The position numbers were made by a program, and so were the translations under genes. Shown here piece after piece: positions 1 through 11,415 of a stretch of 64,000 nucleotides of DNA. Numbering within the stretch: the stretch's first letter is position 1; each line of letters starts with the position of its first letter. Under the pieces are notes generated by a model. The model saw nothing but the letters and a program-made list of their open reading frames with translations, did no database searches and had not been told where the DNA came from. This DNA comes from Monocercomonoides exilis PA203 (Eukaryota > Protista > Preaxostyla), in NCBI GenBank assembly GCA_001643675.2, contig LSRY02000001.1, positions 1,922,001 to 1,986,000 of the forward strand. The letters run 5' to 3'.

Positions 1-642
1 TTTTATTTATCTGGTTAACAAAAAAATATTATTGTTGCTTGATTGTTAATTGGATCAAAGAATTGTAATTGTTCTATTAAAAAAGCTTCTCTTCTTTTCA
101 ATATTCACATTTGATATGCTTCTTTTTGATCCGTTCATCCGCAAATCAATCAGAATGTTTATTGAAATTAATTTTTTTTTTTGTATTTTTGAAAAGTTGT
201 TTGATTATTTGTCCATCAGCTGTGTGCAAAAGTGTTTTGCACATATTTTGCAAGTGCTAAAAATCTTGTGTTTTCTTTTTCTTTTTCTTATTTTCAAAAA
301 TACGCTATTGCTTTGCACGAGCATTTGTGTCATTTTCTGCTGTTGAAAAAGAATCCTTCTTTTTGATTCATCTTTTTAAGAAGTAATCAAAACGAAAATA
401 TTTTTATGTGTTTTTATTGTTCATATTTTCCAGATCACAACTTGTTTGCTGAACTTCGATAATTGTTTCAACTTTTTCCCTTTTTTGTTGATTTTGTAAT
501 ATTTAAACAAAATAATGTTTATTGAACCAAAATTGTATTTCTTTGTTGGATGATGAAATCGCATCTTGAAGTGAAAATAGAACTTGATGAAATCAAAATG
601 TAATTTTTGATCTTCAAGATATGTTTTGAATTTGAATAATTA

Positions 643-2372
643 CACCAATAATTATTCAACACCGAAAAACTTTCAATCAAAATCGAAAAACTTTCAACCA
701 AAGTCGAAAAACTTTCAAACGAAATCGAAAAATATTATTCAAAGTCGGAAAACTTTCATTCAGAGTCGAAAAACTTTCAATCAAAGTCGAAAAACTTTCA
801 ACCAAAGTCGAAAAACTTTCAATCAAAATCGAAAAACTTTCAACCAAAGTCGAAAAACTTTCAAACGAAATCGAAAAATATTATTCAAAGTCGGAAAACT
901 TTCATTCAGAGTCGAAAAACTTTCATTCAGAGTCGAAAAACTTTCAATCAAAGTCGAAAAACTTTCAATCAAAATCGAAAAACTTTCAACCAAAGTCGAA
1001 AAACTTTCAAACGAAATCGAAAAATATTATTCAAAGTCGGAAAACTTTCATTCAGAGTCGAAAAACTTTCAATCAAAGTCGAAAAACTTTCAACCAAAGT
1101 CGAAAAACTTTCAATCAAAATCGAAAAACTTTCAACCAAAGTCGAAAAACTTTCAAACGAAATCGAAAAATATTATTCAAAGTCGGAAAACTTTCATTCA
1201 GAGTCGAAAAACTTTCAATCAAAGTCGAAAAACTTTCAATCAAAATCGAAAAACTTTCAACCAAAGTCGAAAAACTTTCAAACGAAATCGAAAAATATTA
1301 TTCAAAGTCGGAAAACTTTCATTCAGAGTCGAAAAACTTTCAATCAAAATCGAAAAACTTTCAACCAAAGTCGAAAAACTTTCAAACGAAATCGAAAAAT
1401 ATTATTCAAAGTCGGAAAACTTTCATTCAGAGTCGAAAAACTTTCAATCAAAGTCGAAAAACTTTCAACCAAAGTCGAAAAACTTTCAAACGAAATCGAA
1501 AAATATTATTCAAAGTCGAAAAACTTTCAAACGAAATCGAAAAACTTTCAATCAAAATCGAAAAACTTTCAATCGAAATCGAAAAACTTTCAAACAAAGT
1601 CGAAAAACTTTCAAACAAAGTCGAAAGTTCGAAAAACTTCATATTTTCAAAAAGATGACAAAAATATACAAAAGTCAAAAAAACATTGTGATTGTTAAAA
1701 TATCGATGATATTTGTTATTTTAATATTTTTTCATCTTTTTTCTGATATTTTTCTTTGCTTTCTTTTGACCAATTACAAATTTAAAATTATGAGAGAAAT
1801 TCTGACATATTTTTATCTCATTTCAGTTGAAAGCACTCTTCTTCACAAAAAATTTTCTTTCGAAAATTTTAATTTTTTTCCTATTTTATGTAGAATGAAG
1901 AATTCATTATTGACTCTCTTATTTAATGTTTTTTCATCACAAACAACTCATTTCTTATTGAAGGAAACAAATGTTCTAAGATGTGTTTTGAGTTGATTTT
2001 TGAATTAATTTTGGTTCGAAATCTTCAAAATTTGCAGAAATCGACAACACAAACATTGCTGATAATATTTCCAAAAACAAAAGAATATTTTCATCTTTTG
2101 TGGAATACTTTTTATTTCACGTTTATTTTTTTTGTGAAATTTTCGACTTTGTTTGAAAGTTTTTCGATTTCGTTTGCAACTTTTTCGACTTTGAATAATA
2201 ATTTTCGACTTTGAATGAAACTTTTTCGACTTCGAATGAAAACTTTCGACTTTGAATGAAAGTTTTCCAACTTTGAATAATAATTTTCGATTTCGTTTGA
2301 AAGTTTTTCGACTTTGGTTGAAAGTTTTTCGATTTTGATTGAAAGTTTTTCCACTTTGAATTATTTTTGGTG
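643..2372. mobile_element. Non-autonomous foldback/MITE-type element (family A), copy 1: TIRs, subterminal 21-bp tandem arrays, ~520-bp non-coding core
   Basis: Left end TA|CACCAATAATTATTCAA (641-659) and right end TTGAATTATTTTTGGTG|TA (ends 2374). Arms are GTCGAAAAACTTTCAATCAAA-type units in opposite orientations. No transposase ORF. Confidence 0.75.
661..1625 (+). repeat. Tandem array of ~46 units of 20-21 bp with higher-order structure
   Basis: Consensus (G/A)TCGAAAAACTTTCAA(T/C/A)C(A/G)AA; five unit variants recur in an ordered cycle. Confidence 0.95.
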
Positions 2373-2374
2373 TA

Positions 2375-3447
2375 TTATTCAAAGTCGGAAAACTTTCATT
2401 CAGAGTCGAAAAACTTTCAATCAAAGTCGAAAAACTTTCAATCAAAATCGAAAAACTTTCAACCAAAGTCGAAAAACTTTCAAACGAAATCGAAAAATAT
2501 TATTCAAAGTCGGAAAACTTTCATTCAGAGTCGAAAAACTTTCAAACGAAATCGAAAATTGTTATTCAAAGTTGGAAAACTTTCATTCAAAGTCGAAAGT
2601 TTTCATTCGAAGTCGAAAAAGTTTCATTCAAAGTCGAAAATTATTATTCAAAGTCGAAAAAGTTGCAAACGAAATCGAAAAACTTTCAAACAAAGTCGAA
2701 AATTTCACAAAAAAAATAAACGTGAAATAAAAAGTATTCCACAAAAGATGAAAATATTCTTTTGTTTTTGGAAATATTATCAGCAATGTTTGTGTTGTCG
2801 ATTTCTGCAAATTTTGAAGATTTCGAACCAAAATTAATTCAAAAATCAACTCAAAACACATCTTAGAACATTTGTTTCCTTCAATAAGAAATGAGTTGTT
2901 TGTGATGAAAAAACATTAAATAAGAGAGTCAATAATGAATTCTTCATTCTACATAAAATAGGAAAAAAATTAAAATTTTCGAAAGAAAATTTTTTGTGAA
3001 GAAGAGTGCTTTCAACTGAAATGAGATAAAAATATGTCAGAATTTCTCTCATAATTTTAAATTTGTAATTGGTCAAAAGAAAGCAAAGAAAAATATCAGA
3101 AAAAAGATGAAAAAATATTAAAATAACAAATATCATCGATATTTTAACAATCACAATGTTTTTTTGACTTTTGTATATTTTTGTCATCTTTTTGAAAATA
3201 TGAAGTTTTTCGAACTTTCGACTTTGTTTGAAAGTTTTTCGACTTTGTTTGAAAGTTTTTCGATTTCGATTGAAAGTTTTTCGACTTTGAATAATAATTT
3301 TCGACTTTGGTTGAAACTTTTTCGACTTCGAATGAAAACTTTCGACTTTGAATGAAAGTTTTCCAACTTTGAATAATAATTTTCGATTTCGTTTGAAAGT
3401 TTTTCGACTTTGGTTGAAAGTATTTCGACTTTGAATAATTTTTGGTG
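2375..3447. mobile_element. Family A copy 2: core inverted, left terminus missing
   Basis: 2529-3284 is the near-perfect reverse complement of 1558-2313. It ends in TTGAATAATTTTTGGTG|TA at 3431-3449, and a further terminus copy lies at 3481-3499. Confidence 0.75.
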
Positions 3448-3933
3448 TAATTTTCGATGTTGAATAAAAGTTTTTCGATCTTGAATAATTTTTGGTGTAT
3501 TTTATCTAATTCAAAAGTCGAAATAAAATATAAAATTGTGTTTCATTTTGATATGAAAAAAGCATTCTTATGAAAAAAACTTTTCAGCTTTCTGTCAATC
3601 CTGACGCTTTGCAATAACTTGTTGAAAAGAAAATAAAAAGCTAGTTATTTATTATTTAGTAATAAAATTTTTTCAAATACGAATGATAGAAAATGTCCAA
3701 TTCTTCAACAAATACACAAAAAAAATAAAAAATAAAAAATAACAAAAACAAAAATTGAAAACTTATACGTTAAAAATTGAATCGAAGGTCTGATTCTATT
3801 TTTTATTTTCAAATTTATTGATACGAAATCACTCACTCAATTTTCCAACTAGTGATATGAATGATTGAATTCTGTTTGACGAAAACATTAAAACAAATTA
3901 GATAAAACTGTTTTAAAAATAAAGAGCAAAATA

Positions 3934-4309
3934 CAGATATCGCATTGAATACAGGACATCGCACAAAATACCGGACAAGATCAATATCTCAATTACCGCA
4001 AGAAGAAAAATTCTGACAAATTTCCTCAAAATATATCTCATCAATACAAACTCATTGGAAAAACAAGACTTCACTTCAGCTTTATTTGTGCTCAGTGAAA
4101 ATTAATTTTTGAAATCTCGGAGAAACTCAAAATCCAATTTTTCCGAGATTTTTAAAATAACTTTTTTCTGAGCTCTAACGAAACTGTCCTGAAAGTCTCG
4201 TTGATCAATTGAGTTCGTGTTGATGAGATATATTTTGAGGAATATTACCAGAATTGTTCCTTGCGGTTATTGAGAAATCGATCTTGTCCGGTATTTTGAG
4301 CGATATCTG
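3934..4309. mobile_element. Palindromic MITE (family B), Tc1/mariner/pogo-type termini
   Basis: TA|CAGATATCGC ... GCGATATCTG|TA. The arms pair imperfectly along almost the whole length (e.g. AAAATACCGGACAAGATC / GATCTTGTCCGGTATTTT). A related copy lies at 31752-32147. Confidence 0.8.
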
Positions 4310-5589
4310 TAGTTTTTATTTTTCTGTGTAAATAGGTATCTCATATAATCACAATCGGATATAGTCACTAAAAGTTGTGCAAAAACAGATGTGATTATAT
4401 CCAATTTTGACTAAATCTGGTCTTTATCAACTCTTTTCTTTGTTAAAAAATAAATGGATTTCTCTTTTTGGAAAATTGCAAACGTTTAATACTTGATATA
4501 ACATTAAAAAAAAAATATATCTTGATTAGATTATTGTTCCCACTCGCAAACATTCACTTGAATGGATATGATACCTTTGTTTATTGTGTATTTCTTTTCA
4601 ACTGAAATTTCTTGATTGGGAACAACAAAATTGTTGAAATATAAGATATTCATTTCATTTATCAACAAAACATATGCGAATTTTTATGAGTATTTTCTCA
4701 AACATCTCCATTTTGAATAATAATCATGTTTTGCACAATTGAATGAAGAATTTCTCTCCAAAGAAACAAACCCTTGAAGAATCAACAGTCCGAAAAAAGC
4801 TCGGATTTCAAAAAATAATCACACACAAATTTGGATAATATTTGTCTGTCTTCTATCGAAAAGACTCAAAATGTTCTTTAAATAAGAATCTCATGGAAAT
4901 ACAAACAAGTCTTTGATCACAAAATAGCAATAAAAAATTCGATGTCAACATATGATAATCAGCAAACAGATATTTTCCCCTTTGTCATGGAACAAAGTTT
5001 TGTTTTGAAGGTTTCAAGCTGTTAATCCATATTTGAAAGTTCAATCAAAAATATATATCACAAAAAATTTTAATATTAATCAGGTTCCAATCAACAATTC
5101 ACTTTGTTGAAATAGCACAATTTTAGAATATCAAAACATGAATTTCATTTCTCGAGAAAAAATAGCAGTCAAAAAAATAAAGTGATGCAAATGATTGTTT
5201 TGAAACTTTCTTCTCGAGGGAGCTGGTTATTAGTGTTTTTCAAAGATATTTTTCAAAAGGAGACTTTTCAAAGAAAGAATAAAAGCTTTGAGAAAAAACA
5301 AAATTTCCAAGAAAATATCAATTTTCAGCTTTTCCATTGAAGAAAAAAAGTCATTTCGTCGATTATCAAATGTGAACAACGAAGAAGTCAAATTGTATTG
5401 AGTGATTGTTTTGTGGTCATGTGATGTTTTGGAAGCTTCCGTTTCGAACTCACATGTTGAAGTCTCAAAAAATGAAAAATCGTTATTCTTCAAATATTTT
5501 GTTCACAAGCAGAGAAGTGATTCAAAAAATAAAAAAAGTCATTCAGAAATTGGAATTCAGAGAAATGAAATGAGAAGAGCCCCACACCC

Positions 5590-7007
5590 TCAGATATTCA
5601 CAAAATAATCATCAATGCTCAATGACAGTTCACAACAAAATTCATCGTTCAGAAAGGGAATCATTTCATGAAAGCTTGTGATGGCATCTTCATATCCTTC
5701 TTCTTCCATCTTTTCAACCACTTTCCTTTTCAACCCTTTTCCTTTCGCTTCACCAGCTTCATCATCTTTCGATTTCAATCGATCACAAACATTCATGAAG
5801 AACCTCAAGCAGTCATATGCCATTTCGTAATCCATTGTTGGCTGCTGAATTCCCTCCAAAACAGCATCATCTGCTCCACCTTTCAGCAACCCACCAATCT
5901 TCACTGCCCTCTTTTCTGATGCTGCTTTCAGCAAATCAATGCATCTCATGCTGTATTTCCTGTGATTGTCCTTCGCTGACAGAAACACCCGAACAATGCA
6001 GCAGACAAGCTCGGAATATTCGTCATCCCACAAGTGGCAGGAAAAAAAGAAATCGAACAATGTGAAGAGCCATCTCCTCAAAACAATTCCTTCTTTCACC
6101 CCCTTTCCTCCTCTTTCCTCTTCTTTTCTCTTCCAATCCACACACTTCGACTGCTCCTCCATTTCTCTTTTTGCCTTTTTCACAAAATGCAGCTCATCTG
6201 TCATCACTTTTTCCAATACTCCATTGAGAAATAATCTGTTCACCAAAAACTGCCAGGCAGACTGATAAGCAAGTGGAGTGAGGTTGTGATGATCCTGATG
6301 GTGTTGAATAATTCCTTTAATCTCACTCAAATACAATTCTTCTGGAATTTTCTGAAAAACAAATACAAGAATTATCAATCAATGATTATTCACAACACAA
6401 TTCCACACCGTGAGCATGCCAACACTGCTCAAAGTCAGCAGCGATGTTTCCACTTCATTCCCATCTCCCTCCTTTTCCCCTTTGTTCAAGCCAACTTCCA
6501 GAAGACAGGACACGCAGATTGAAAGCAGATTAAACAAGAATTTGTCTTTCAGCATGAGATAGCACTCGCAAAGATCAATCAGAAGCTTTTCATTTCTTTT
6601 TTCTTTTTTCTTTTCTTCCTCGACAATCATCTCTTCAAATCTCTCACCCAATGAAGAGTTTCCAAATCCATAGACACTCATGGATTTCAATGCATTCGAA
6701 GATCCAACGTGCTTCAACAACAGAAATGAATTCTCCAAAGTCAGTTTCTTTTCTTCAATCATTGTGTAAATTCCATTGAACACTTCTGCTGTGACCACAG
6801 ACTCAAGTTCTTCTTCGTGCATCTCGTCCATCACCTCATTCATTTTTTCAATTTTCTCTTTCTGTTCATCCTCGTCGCAATCTTCAAGCTCGGAAAATAA
6901 TTCTTTAATAAAAAAAAAAATAAAATCAAGAGCCACAATCACCAGAATTTCAAATGGAACAACGAATGCACACTGTTGTATCTTTCAGTGACGCTCAAAG
7001 TCTGCAT
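5590..7007 (-). CDS. Expanded-family helical hypothetical protein ('HQxHxNLTxLAYQSAWQFL' family), paralog 1; exons 7007-6974, 6902-6409, 6351-5590 (~429 aa)
   Basis: ORFs 6379-6942 and 5590-6378 join in frame through GT-AG introns 6903-6973 and 6352-6408. Clearly homologous to three other copies in the window. Start codon uncertain. Confidence 0.8.
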
Positions 7008-8940
7008 TTTTTTTGAAAATGCATTGCATCCATTTAACAACACAATTTTGATCATTCACATTGAATTCACATTTGTGTGAATTGATGACATCGATGAATA
7101 AAAAAAAGTCAAAAATGATAATTGCAATATGTGCATTCACACCTTCCTTTTTCGTCTTGGCATTTTTGGAAAGTGATTGCTGAGTGAAGAAACGCTTTTT
7201 GTTTTTCAATTCAAATTTGGTGTTATGGACAGTTTGATCGAAAATTTTTTTCTGAACTGGAATGATTATTGGCAAGATGAGGAACTGTGAATGAACAATT
7301 ATAATGGAATAAGATGAATTAACACTTGTCGAGGAAGCATGCAAAGATAAAGATATATTGATTATGAAATTTCATTCAGATGACTTTTGGAGATTGGATG
7401 ACAGATGAAACACAACAATTACATGAATAACACAAAAGACGTAATGTTTGCAATTTATATTGTTCAATTGATTGTGAAGATATTTCCGTCTGAAACCTCT
7501 CCAAAGTATGAGAAAATGAGTGATTGTTGAAATGGCCATTCTTCTCATTGGAGAGAATCACAATGAGGATGGAGCTGATTGTGCACAGCAATTTGGAAAT
7601 GAATGAAGTTATGGAAGAATCATGATTTTCACTATTTTTGATTGCTGCAAAAGATGAAAACAAATTCGACTGACATTTTATTGAATGAAGATTTATGGAT
7701 GGAATTGAATGGGAAACGAAGTGTTTGCAAAATAAAATAGTATTTTGTCATTTTATGCAGAAGAGTGGATTTTTGGACAAAGAAAGTTGCAAGCTTACCA
7801 AGGGAAGAACATTTATCACAAAAAATGACAAGAAAGCGTTGAAAGCAATTGGATTGGAACTTCGCACACAATTTCTCCATGAGCAATCGTTTGCCTGTGT
7901 GGAATCAGAGTGAGGGATTTGTATCCATGAATTTTGATTTTCCATTCAAGAAGAAGATCTGTTAAGCTTCAAAACAAAATGTGATTGGTGTGTGTGAGCT
8001 CTTCCCCAACGAAGCTATTTGATGGAATTCTCAATTTGTTTCATTCAAATCAAAAGTGATGCTATTTTTACTTTGTTTTTTTGGAGTCATGTCCAACACG
8101 AAGGAGCAACAAAGTTTCCATCTTGTGTTCAAAAGCATTCAATCTTCATCCAAATGAGAGTCACATTGCATAATCTCAGTTTTCTCATTCGTCCTCTTCG
8201 TTGTCTCCCTCCTGTGCCACATGGAAATTGAGTGTGTCTCTGTGATCAGATGGACTTCTTATTCGGCTGCAAGAACTTCTTGTCCCATTCCATGCATCCG
8301 ATTTTCTTCTTCTTTCTTCTTCTTCAAATCACTTGAAATCTTCCTCTTCTCTCATCTCCTCATCATCAATTATCCTGCCAATTCTTTTTCATTTTGCGAT
8401 ATTTCAGCAAATGATTCATCATAAATTTTGCTTTTGAACATATTTTTTTAAAACAAATCGAGCTATCCCAACAGAAATTCAAATGGGATTAACACTTTTT
8501 TGAAGATTTCAAAAATCAATTCGGATTCTAACTGTCTTCATTTCAATGTTATATGAATTTATAAATATAAAAGTTTTTCTTTTTTTTCAAATGAAATGAA
8601 TAAATAAAAAATATTTTGAAGATGAAAACCACTTTAAGATTTTCTTTCAATTTGCTGAAAAGAATTTCAGATATGATTCAAATTGATATAGAAAAAAAGA
8701 TTGCTTTTAAAGATTATTCTAACTGAACCATTACTGTTGCACAATCAACACTGTTCGTTGAAAACGAAGTTTCAAGTGGTTTTTACCAGAAAGAAAGGTT
8801 GCAAAAGATTGAATAAAAAACATTTGGGAAATTCACTTTCATTTTGTTTATTAACTGTTTTTGTGAATTCTCCACACATTGAAAAAAACAACAAATGTGA
8901 TACGTGGTGTTTGAAGCTGGATACAGCACAGCAAATTGAA

Positions 8941-10290
8941 CAAAACAAGAACAGACAACAACCAGGATGTTTCGTGTGCAAAATATCAAGGTTGATATTG
9001 ATAAATATTTCGAATATTTTGTTTTGAAGAAATGGTCGACAATCTGAAGAATTGCTCTTGTTCTTCTGAGCAGAAACAGAAAATATGTGAACTGAAGAAT
9101 TTCATTGAGGAGATGAGTGTGAAGGAATTGGGATGTGTGTTTGCAGGAAAAGCGTTTGAGAAGATCTTCGAAATGGTTGAAGGAGAGAAATTGGTGTTGG
9201 AAGATGGAATTATGCTGTTGAAGCATGTTGGATATTTCAAGGCTTTGTCAGACATTCATACTGACAACGATGGTGAATCTTCATTTCGCAAAAGGTTTGA
9301 AAGGAGGGTGATGAATGAAGAATGGAAAAAAGGGCCAAAGAAGGAGAAGATGCTGAATGATGTTTGTGAATGCTATGCCTTGTCATATGAACAGTTTGTG
9401 ACATTCAACTTTTCATTGGTTTGTGTTCCTCGTCTTCTGGGAGTTGCATCAAACAAAGGAGACAGCCAAGATGCACAAAAAGAAGTGGAAACTGCTTTGT
9501 TGGCTTTGAGCCACATCGGTGAGGATGAAGTCTGAAAATATTTCTTCTTCTTTTTTTTCGAATATTTTGTTTCATTTTTATTTTTTTTTCAACCCATTTA
9601 TTTGTCAGTATGTGGAAGAAGATGTGTTCATGAGCAGCATTGTCAGTGTGATTGTCCGTCATCAGCAGAATAGCAACCTTACGCAGCTTGCCTACCAATC
9701 AGCATGGCAATTTTTGATGAACAGAATGCACACAAAGGCACAAATGGAAAGTGCCATGTCAATGCATTTTGGTTTTGTGGAAGAGGGGAGGAGGGAATTG
9801 GCAGAGAAAGGAAAGGAGGGTGAAAGAGCTGAAATACATTCACACGATTCTGAGATGGCTGAAAACACTCAACAAGCATTTTGTGAACCATCAGCCATCG
9901 AGAGAGAGAAACACAAGATTGGCAGCAGTGGTTGTTGGGATTTGCAGAAAGGCGAGGGTTTGTTTTGGAGAACTGTCTTTGGAATGCCTGGTGCTGCTTG
10001 AGCAAATGAATGAGTCAGCATCGCTGAGTGTTTCTGATTTTGTGGAAATCGAAGCAGTTGATGTGTTTTTGGAGGAGATCACCCGATCGGTGATACACAG
10101 AATTCTTGAGTCGCTGCCTGGACTTCGTGCTTTTGGTGCTTGACAGATTGAGAGAGAAGGATGAGGAATCGATGAAACAGCAAGTTTTGGAGAAGTTGGA
10201 AAGGGAAGGATGGAGGATTTGGTGAACGGCTTCCTCAAAACTGCTCATTGTGAAAAGGTCATATTGACCTTTTTTGAATGATTGAATGGA
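8941..10290 (+). pseudogene. Paralog 2 of the same family, disrupted
   Basis: Has the family motifs (LLKHVGY, CVPRLL, EVETALLALS, HQQNSNLTQLAYQSAWQFL). Frameshift/deletion near 9800, in-frame TGA at 10141, and stops in the exon-1 region. Confidence 0.7.
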
Positions 10291-11415
10291 TTCTTCTGAA
10301 TTTGTTTCATTTGTGATTATTTGTTTCTTTTTTCAAACAATAAAATTCATGTTTGATATTGATGAGATAAGAAGATTTCTTTAATAATTGTTTTTTCACT
10401 CTTTCTTTCAAATGACATTGAAATTTTGATTGTTTTCTTTTCATTCATTTCACAAAAGAGAATAAAGAGGATGAGTTTTGCACACAAATATTCCAACGGG
10501 AATCTCAAATTTCCAGATTCTTTTGCAAAATGAAAAATGATATTTTGTGATTGAGAATTGAAAACATTAAAAAGAAACTTCAGGTTGTTTTGAATAACCA
10601 TTTAACCTTCACTTTCCGGAACAACATTAGAAAAAAATCATCATCAAAGACTTTTTCTCTTTTGAATCTTCTTTATTTCATTTTGAATTTAAAAAATGAG
10701 ATTAAAAAGATGATTGTCATTCATCATTTAACAGAAGAAACAAGTGAAGCGAATGAAGTGTTGGAATTCAAAGAGAAGATTGACGGCTGGGGAAAGAAAA
10801 AAATGGAAAACTTGGTGCGCAGAGGGGGATGAATGGCAGAAGACGGAAGTGGTAGAAAGAAATAGTGAATGATTATTTGAATCAACAAAAACATTTTATT
10901 GTTGAAAAAAAAATATCTTTTTTTTGTTGCATAAAAAAGAGGAGCAGAATATAAATAAATATCCTTCGCTCCGTTCCCCGAAAAAGTGAATCATATTGCA
11001 AAATGAAACGATTTGATCAAATGAAAAAATTTCGAAGCTTTCTTTTTTTTTTCAACAATTCATAATTATCAAATCATGAATTGGAATTAATGGAAAAGAA
11101 GAGAATTGATATATTTTTTATTCTACCAATTCCACAATTTGATGCACACTTTCTTTATTTTGCATTTGCGTTTCTCATTATTCAACAAAAAAAAAAAAAC
11201 ACTTTAAAGATAATCATAATGAAGATTCAAGGAATACTTTGTGAACGAGAAGATTAATTACGAAGTGTTATCTCGAATGTGTTTCAAATATTATTGAAAG
11301 CATGTTAATTGATATATTTCTATTTTCTTTGAAGTTAAGAATAAAAAATATTGAAATGATCATTCTCATTATATTTTATTTTTCGAAACAAAACTGATTT
11401 TTATTCTCGATAAGC

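Noticed and set aside
661-1625. CRISPR array
   Set aside because: Units are contiguous with no unique spacers, there are no cas genes, and the context is eukaryotic.
626-3366. ORFs 626-1996, 2005-2466, 2314-2730, 2367-2837, 2846-3187 as proteins
   Set aside because: They are translations of the 21-bp repeat and the AT-rich core, open in several frames and on both strands.
7300-8420. Possible decayed coding remnant
   Set aside because: Slightly coding-like composition, but no motif I can identify.
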